From NCBI GenBank assembly GCA_965153285.1, contig OZ229119.1: a stretch of DNA of 64,000 nt. One strand, 5' to 3'. A program made the translations under genes and the position numbers. The notes under the pieces were generated by a model that was not told where the DNA came from, did not search any database, and saw only the letters and a list, made by a program, of their open reading frames with translations. Positions 58,201 through 64,000 of the stretch are shown here, piece by piece (the stretch's first letter is position 1; each line of letters opens with the position of its first letter). The stretch comes from Podarcis tiliguerta. Its lineage: Eukaryota.

Positions 58201-61200
58201 GAGGTATCCCAATCAATAATTTCATGGGGTCTGAAAATATAAAGAGGGGGCAGCTATACACCATTGCTAAATGGTGTCCCTGGGTACTGCCACCTTGATC
58301 TTTATTTATAAAGCTGTTGTAGGAACATGAGTGTTGGGAGTTAGGAGGGAGAAGCCTCACTTTTACCAGAATAACTCTCCAAATTCCAAGCTCTTTTAAA
58401 AATGGTGTGCCTGTATTTTTCAGCCTTTTCTCTACAGTTATGCAGGCATGAAATATTTATTTCCTTCGTTGAAAAGTGTAACATATTTGAGGCAACTGTT
58501 CCACTTTGATGCGTGTAACAAATAACTGGGTTTTTTGTTTTTAGTAAAAGCATGAAGCTAGGGAGATACCACTCTCTCTTTTTAATTGTCCACAGACATG
58601 TTGATATAAGAAATTTGCTTTAAAACTGTTCAGTTATTTTAAAGATGTACCATGGAAACCTGGTACATCTATCTTCTCTATTTAAAGCATCTGAATCCAA
58701 GGCTTGGCAGTTGACATCTGTAATACTGGGTCTGAAATGCAAAATGACCTTGTTTATCCTAAGGGCAGGTAGGTGGAGAGGATGTTGAGGTTAGTTTCAA
58801 TATGTAAAGGAATCTTTATAAATAGTTGTAGAAACTTAAAATATTTTTGTAAATAAAGCAAAATAAAAAGCAACATTTATTTTGGAATAAAATGCTTCAT
58901 CCATATACAATTTTATTACTATCCCACTGAGTCCTTTTGCTTGGCTCAGCGTTGGCAAGCGTATGGCTAATTCAGTCTCTTGAAATATGGGTCTCCACCA
59001 CCACCGTAATGTCTAAGTTACTTGGTCCTTTGACCTTCCCTGTACCAACCCAGTGCCAAATGAGGAAATTTGTATGCAATAGAGAACTGAATCCAACACC
59101 CAAGAGGTTTGTTATTTACCTTGACTTTACTCAGCTATTTGAGGCTCTTGCCATGTAAGAATTTATATGTATTCCACATCGTTTTCATATTTTCCAGTTC
59201 TGATCCTCTGTAAACCTAGTATGGGAACAGTTTTCAGACACCTACTAGGGACATTTTGACATGCATTGCTTGTCTTATTGAAAACTCAGAACACAGATTT
59301 ATCAACAAATGTTTTTTGCCTGAAATAGTCGTTAGAGCACACAAAAAGGACAAAGTGAGACAAACAACAACTTTTCTCCTGAACTGAGCTCTCTAGTTGG
59401 CTGAACTGCAACAATGGCACGTAAGCTTAGAGGTCAGAACAGACAGAACTCTGGGTTTAGTTTATTAATATTAGCTTATCTGATTTCTCAGTATTCTCAC
59501 TTGAAGCACACCAGGATAGCATTGAGGAGAGGGAGTTGGAATGCTGACTGGTGAGGAAACTGATTAATTGTAGGAGAGACAAACTAAATCAGCGAAGAGA
59601 GATGATCTCACAGCAGCTGTTGTGACCAGAGTACTCTTTGTGGCCCTTTTTCAGGCATCCAGCCCCACAGCACCAGGGAAAGGAGGAGAAAGATGGATAT
59701 TATCCTGGTCTCACCCAGACCCATGAGGATGAGTGACTGGATTTTTAGTTCTTTATTGGCAAAGCACTTGGGTACATCAGCTCCTAAGGTGCATGGGATA
59801 TACACACCACTCGCCACTAACTTGCTGTCTAGGCAAGCTCCCTCCACAGCCCTGTGACCTGTCTCAGACAGTGGGAGCAGCAGCAGGGCCTCACCCCTCT
59901 CTGCTTTCTTAAGCCCCCTTGTCTGATGTGGTGCATGCAAACACCTGATGGCTCCTCCTTAAAGGCAACTCCAACTGCTCTCATTCTTCATACCCCTCTT
60001 TGAGCATGGAGACAGCAGAGGGGCAAATGGAGGAGTTTGCAAAGGCCTGACTCTCCCTGGGGCTGTTGCTGGCTTTCCAGACTCTGAGACCTCCTGCAAC
60101 TGCTCCTCCACATCCTTTCCCCTTGTTTCTTGCCACCCAGTCTCCTCCTCTGCTGGCGACTGCCTTACAGGTGGCTCCGAACCCCACAAATCACTGGCCC
60201 ATTTCCCTGGATCCTCTTCCTCCCCACTTGCCTCCTCTGCCCATTCCTCAGGTTCCTGCCCATCCCTGACAGATATAAACAAACATCTCTGTCCTTCCTT
60301 GGTCAGTGGAGGATCCTGGAGGAGTTCCATCAGCCATAAATATTTTTAGGCCATGCTGCTGCTCTGTAATTAAACATAAATCAATATCATAAAAGAAAGA
60401 AGGCCAGCTTTTGGTTAAAATAACTTTCCTAGTCAAAACTAGGAAGGCTGTTTCTTTGGAATAGCTTTTTGAGTACTGAGAAAGTTACACAATGACTTTG
60501 TTGAAGTTGGCACTAACCTGCTTGCCACAGAACTTGAGTGTTGGCATTCTGTGTGAGGCATCCATAAAATGTGTTGCTGTGTATAAGCAAGTGCATAATT
60601 TCTGCCCGCAAGAACAGGGTTAACATGATGCCTCTGTGCCTTGCCAGCTCTTAACAAACTTTGCTGAAAGCACATTCTGTAGTTTCTAAGATGAGACCTC
60701 ATACAAAAATAAAACCAGGAGTTTTAGCCATCCCAAATATTAAATCAATATTGAGTTCAAAGTATATTGCCATTGCAGATATGGGTGTTTATTCATATAC
60801 TTAAATTGACTTCTTTGATTGGAATTAGGTATAAATTAAAATGCTGGTTTTAGGGGGAGAGGGGAAATAATTCCTGACAATGGAAATGATTTTTGTCCTA
60901 GGATCCAAAGTATGCTTGATATAAAGTTCTGGACATTCCTTCTGTAAGGCACCAAGTATCTCAAACCCGAGGCTCTGGTAGCAGGGCTCTGGCATCTAAC
61001 TCCCTAGACACTAAGGGCAATTTGGAGATTAACTGTTGTTCTACAGCACAGCTGTTGCAGGTGGTCAGAGGGTGCGCTACAACTTTCAGGGCCAACAGTT
61101 CCAGGAAACCACAGGAGGGCAGAGTGTTCCATCCTGCTTATAGGCATCTGGGTGGCCACTATGGGAACAAGATGCTGGATTACATGGGCCCTTGGCCTGA

Positions 61201-63422
61201 TCCAGGAGGCTTTCCTTATGTAAGTGACAGTGTTGCAAGTTGCCCAGCTTTCTTCATATGCCTGCTTTATTTAACATGGCTCCTTAGTTTGAGCAACTCG
61301 TCGCTCAGTGCATGGATGTGTAGGACAGCTGACACACCTTAATTTTTTTTAATTATTTTTTGAGAAGATAAATGGTAGCTGTTAATTGTGTTCCATTCTC
61401 CTGGACAGATGGTCCATCTTGATAGGTGAGTTTTTCAGTAAGCTGGATCAGCATCTTAATTTCTCAAGGCATCAACCAACCATGAGTGCCTTTGAAGGAG
61501 GTTTTTTAAAATCAGATATTACTTAGGTTTGGCCCTCAGGCCAGCTGGGAACAGGCTGAAGAATATGGTGGTGGAGAAATACATGTTTTTCATAGCCAGG
61601 AAAGAACCTGCTCTCCATTTGGGCTAACTGATTATTTGTACTTATGGCTGATGCCTCCTAATATTTATAACAAAGGAAGTTTTATTTCCGGACCTGGTCT
61701 CATTTCTTAAGGCAAATTTATGCTTGATTTGGCCAATTAGGATCCTTAAAAAAAAAAAGGAGGAACAGCCCATTAAAGGAAAAACCTAGAGCATCAGCTG
61801 CAGTTAACTCATTGTCTGATTAAACAGCTTTTCTGTATTTTGAATTGACCAAGTTTCCTTTAACATCTTGAGCTTGCACAGAGGGAGCCAAAGATTCAGA
61901 ATGCAGCCAGCTTACTCACCGTGACTGATGGCCTTGTAATGAATTCAGCTAATAAGCACCAAATCTGATACTGTCAAATAGGATTAACAGCCACGTTAGC
62001 TAGCTTGAACTGTTTCTGAAAGCCAAACCGATAAGGGTCAGTGGGTTTCTTTTGGGATCGTGAATGGCCTGGTGTTGTCACTCTTACTCTGCAGTGGTCT
62101 TCCAGGTTGTTCTTTTCTTTCTGGTGGCCATCTTGCCTAGTCGGAATTAGTGTTCAAACTGTTCTCATTCCTGCTACCGTCCCCCCTTTGACTTTGGAAC
62201 ATACATAGGCTGAGAACACAGAACAAAATATTCTGCAAATTATTAGAGCTGCTAGAGTCTTTGTGAACTCTACATTATGTCACTTCAATTCTGTTGTTTG
62301 CTTTAATCCTTGTTCTCTAAAATGTCAACACAAACTCGGTGGGAGGGCATACTGACTGCTAGATAGGGATGCACAGCAGTGTCGTCTTTTTTCCCTTTTT
62401 TGTGGTGGGGTGTTACGTTTCCATCTTGGACTTGATACAGTAATATCGTTTACCCACACTCATTCCATGTTAGCCTTGTCTCTCCCATTCATTTCCCCCC
62501 ACTGTCAAAATGCAACCTGCAAGCTTCTTCGATCAGGGACTTAGATTTTGCTTAGGTTGTAAAGTACTATGTACAGTGGTGGTCACACCTACGTGAATTT
62601 ATGTGGGATTATGTGCTCTCATGCTTTTTTCAATGATATCTTTTTGAAAAATAAAAAGCGTACTTGCCAGCTGCTTTGAGTGTTTAGAATTAATTTAGAT
62701 TAGAGTATTTAGGTCCATTATTAATAATGGCATGTTCATTTATTAGAATCATTGATGGCCATACTTTCCCCCCCTGAATCCTAGTACTTCAAAGATCCCT
62801 TTCAGTATGAGTCTGACCCAGATTCTCACTCAGCTGTGGGGTTAGAACTCGTGTAGTGTAGCAGCCTACAGAGATATCTATGTATCTATATAGATACACA
62901 TTTTTCTGAACTTGTACTGCAACTTGCCACATAGGTGATGTTTGGGGAGACAAAAGAGAGGGAACATATATTATTTACTTATTTATCTTTAATCTCCTAG
63001 GAAAATGTACACTGATCAAAAGCGGTTGGGGAATCACAGGAGTTGAAATTGTGAAACACAGAACACCAGGTGGTTCAAAAGACACAGAAGTAACGGTCTT
63101 TGGAGCTGCTTCTCGCATTACTTTTTTTACACCAGGATATATATCATAGTGCAAGATATCTGTGTTTGGATTATGTTAATGGCATATTAACTTTTTTTAC
63201 CTCTTTTTTTTACCCTTTTAATAGCATATTTAGATTTAAATTGCCAGCAGTTGTCAGCAAAATACAGGGAAGCATAGGACTTGTCCTTTTCAGATTAGCC
63301 TTTGAAAAGTGGCAGATTAAGCATACATTTACCAGGCCCAATGTATTCAAAGCTTGCATATATGTTGTATTTGGTAGTCCATGATGAAATACAAAAAGTT
63401 AGATGAAACATATCCCTAAAGC

Positions 63423-63463
<41 letters not shown>

Positions 63464-64000
63464 TATTGTATTTCATGCCTGCCCTTCACCAGAAGGTTCC
63501 AGGGCAGGTTACAGATGATAAAAACACAATTAAAACAGTAAAAAACACACCCCACCTATAAACCACAAATCAGTAATTCATACAACACGTTACAGAGAAG
63601 CCACCTAAATCAGTTTTTCAATTTATAAAGACCAGGGTAAAGAGCTGTGCCTTTAGCTACCAACTGCTTAATCAACCAGATAACAGGTCAGCTATTTTAT
63701 TGGAAAGTGCAAATCTGCCTTTTCAACTGCTTTCTCGTGTACTGCTTTTTTTAATTTAAAAAATTGGTTCAGTGCTCTTACTATTTACTTTTACAGTTCA
63801 GCATCTACTTTCTACTATAAATTTAGCATTTTTGATGCAAGATTTATGTTTGATGGGAAGCAGAGAGAAATAAACTTGTGAGCTGAATCTGGTAATACAG
63901 TTCAATTCTTTGTCAGCAGAGTTTTCCCTTGTTTAAAGGCTGTCTTGCTTGAAGGTAATTGGAAGTCTTGTTTCTTTTGACTGATTTCAGGTGGATGCTC
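30610..64000 (+). CDS. ERC1: ELKS/RAB6-interacting/CAST family member 1, 5' portion (continues beyond the window)
   Basis: Exons 30610-31278, 42975-43391, 50258-50332, 50804-50959, 52040-52123, 54401-54568, 63991-end, all phase 0; N-terminus MYGSARSVGKIEPSSQSPGRSPRLPRSPRLGHRRTNS and FWSPELKKERALRK are diagnostic. Confidence 0.97.
31477..31650 (+). mobile_element. hAT (Charlie-like) MITE
   Basis: CAGCATGTCCA ... TTTGGACACCACTG imperfect TIRs with GGCCC subterminal motifs. Confidence 0.55.
32635..32730 (+). mobile_element. Penelope-like element terminal fragment
   Basis: GAAAGCCTATACCCAGAACAAACTTAGTTGGTCTCTAAGGTGCTACTG followed by a T-rich tract. Confidence 0.55.
32798..33017 (+). mobile_element. 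Squam3-type SINE (older copy)
   Basis: tRNA head TGGTATAGTGGTTAGAGTG, core CTCTCAGCTTAACCTACCTCACAAGGTTGTTGTG, (TAAA)n tail. Confidence 0.8.
35662..35753. repeat. 36-bp exact direct repeat separated by a 20-bp AAT/TAT spacer
   Basis: TATTAGCCCTCTGCCCAAAAATATTTCCACGCCCAT at 35662-35697 and 35718-35753. Confidence 0.95.
36021..36190 (+). mobile_element. Sauria SINE, 3'-truncated
   Basis: Same head and core as the 25983 copy; TTTTCTTAA duplicated at 36012-36020 and 36190-36198. Confidence 0.9.
37016..37229. mobile_element. Tc1/mariner (Tigger-like) MITE with internal hairpins
   Basis: TA|CAGTCATACCTCGGGTT ... AACCCGGGCATCCAGTG|TA; CpG retained. Confidence 0.8.
39410..39770 (+). mobile_element. 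CR1 LINE 3' end
   Basis: GRFRIDKRKYFFIQCIVRLWNWLL, LDGFKRGLDKFM ORF2 C-terminus plus 3' UTR. Confidence 0.85.
39790..39908 (+). mobile_element. LINE (L2-type) 3' tail with (TTA)n
   Basis: GGAAGCCGCCCAGATGGGCGAGGTATAAATAATAAA followed by (TTA)n. Confidence 0.6.
41849..41914. mobile_element. Short palindromic MITE
   Basis: 11-bp perfect inverted ends CTGCAATCCTA / TAGGATTGCAG; related palindromic elements at ~27680-27790 and ~33020-33110. Confidence 0.55.
41975..42499 (-). mobile_element. Probable solo LTR (Gypsy-type)
   Basis: TGTCAAGG ... CCCTGACA termini; 5-bp flanks ATATG/ATTTG; minus-strand AATAAA near 42043. Confidence 0.7.
42975..43391 (+). CDS. ERC1: ERC1 exon 3 (HMQMTIQALQDELR...NLLRE)
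   Basis: 417 nt, ttccag / gtgagt. Confidence 0.97.
47805..48282. mobile_element. Tc1/mariner (Tc2/pogo-type) non-autonomous DNA transposon
   Basis: 24-bp TIRs CCGTCTTTCCCCGAAAGTAAGACA / TGTCTTATTTTCGGGGAAACAGGG (21/24 match), TA on both sides, repeated AAATAAGnC subterminal motifs. Confidence 0.85.
50258..50332 (+). CDS. ERC1: ERC1 exon 4 (EMHRRFENAPDSAKTKALQTVIEMK)
   Basis: 75 nt, tacag / gtaaga; missed by the ORF track. Confidence 0.96.
50804..50959 (+). CDS. ERC1: ERC1 exon 5 (DSKISSMERGLRDLEEE...HSKFMKNK)
   Basis: 156 nt, aag / gtaatg. Confidence 0.96.
51074..51419 (+). mobile_element. Sauria SINE, essentially full length
   Basis: Head to GGGATTCGAACCGCCGACCTTCTGATCGG...CACCCGCGTCC; 12-bp TSD CTACTAGTGTAT (51062-51073, 51420-51431). 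Confidence 0.95.
52040..52123 (+). CDS. ERC1: ERC1 84-nt cassette exon (VEQLKEELNAKEAQGEELKKRVTSLQTE)
   Basis: Homologous to the 28-aa alternatively spliced ELKS segment; weak splice sites. Confidence 0.88.
53095..53350. repeat. Old element with repeated AAACCATGGTT-like palindromic units (related to ~16880-17070)
   Basis: Multiple aaaccatgg / ccatggtt / tggtttg motifs. Confidence 0.45.
54401..54568 (+). CDS. ERC1: ERC1 exon (IGQVKQELSRKDTELLALQTK...AAILQTE)
   Basis: 168 nt, ctttag / gtgaag. Confidence 0.96.
55215..55420 (+). mobile_element. Tigger-like MITE, copy 3
   Basis: AAGCCTGCAACTTATGCACATTTAACTTGTGC matches the reverse complement of 10280-10312. Confidence 0.65.
57581..57866 (-). 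mobile_element. BovB/RTE LINE 3' end (5'-truncated insertion)
   Basis: LKKTLILGKIEGTRRRGRQRTRWLD...LVHGVTKSRT RTE C-terminus; (ACA)n tail; 12-bp TSD CAGTAGACTGGT (57569-57580, 57867-57878). Confidence 0.93.
59701..60271 (-). mobile_element. Probable solo LTR (Gypsy-type), second copy
   Basis: Ends CCCTGACA; GATAT flanks on both sides (59696-59700, 60272-60276); minus-strand AATAAA at ~59752; same purine-skewed layout as 41975-42499. Confidence 0.6.
61090..61222 (+). mobile_element. CR1 3' UTR fragment
   Basis: GGCATCTGGGTGGCCACTATGGGAACAAGATGCTGGA...CCTGATCCAG, as in the 18.6 kb and 39.7 kb copies. Confidence 0.65.
63424..63550 (-). mobile_element. L2-type LINE tail with (TAA)n microsatellite; related fragment at ~40440-40530
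   Basis: (TTA)n followed by CCCTTCACCAGAAGGTTCCAGGGCAGGTTACA shared with 40462-40492. Confidence 0.6.
63991..64000 (+). CDS. ERC1: ERC1 next exon start (VDAL...), truncated by window end
   Basis: tttcag|GTG GAT GCT C matches the expected continuation VDALRLRL. Confidence 0.85.

Noticed and set aside
59959-60330. 123-aa Glu-rich ORF as a nested gene
   Set aside because: Lies mostly within a purine-skewed LTR-like repeat

Overview
Vertebrate genomic DNA, not prokaryotic. It is almost certainly a squamate reptile and probably a lacertid lizard, judging from Sauria/POM-type SINEs, Squam3 SINEs and BovB. The window holds the conserved WNK1-RAD52-ERC1 synteny block. It contains the last two coding exons and long 3' UTR of WNK1 (+). 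It contains a complete 11-coding-exon RAD52 (-), which I spliced by hand to 1206 nt / 401 aa with all introns GT-AG and in phase. The 5' part of ERC1/ELKS (+) follows, with coding exons 2-7 and the first 10 nt of exon 8. RAD52 and ERC1 are head-to-head on one CpG island with a cluster of CCAAT boxes, while WNK1 and RAD52 are tail-to-tail. Introns hold SINEs, CR1/L2/BovB LINE fragments, Tc1/mariner and hAT MITEs, two probable solo LTRs and decayed DIRS-like remnants. I found no convincing novel gene system. The most interesting leads are regulatory (splicing of the ERC1 84-nt cassette exon, a competing stop-including donor in RAD52, a miR-192 site in WNK1, the bidirectional promoter) and mechanistic transposon footprints. 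Most short six-frame ORFs are spurious. Gene and repeat identities come from recalled sequence similarity, not database searches.
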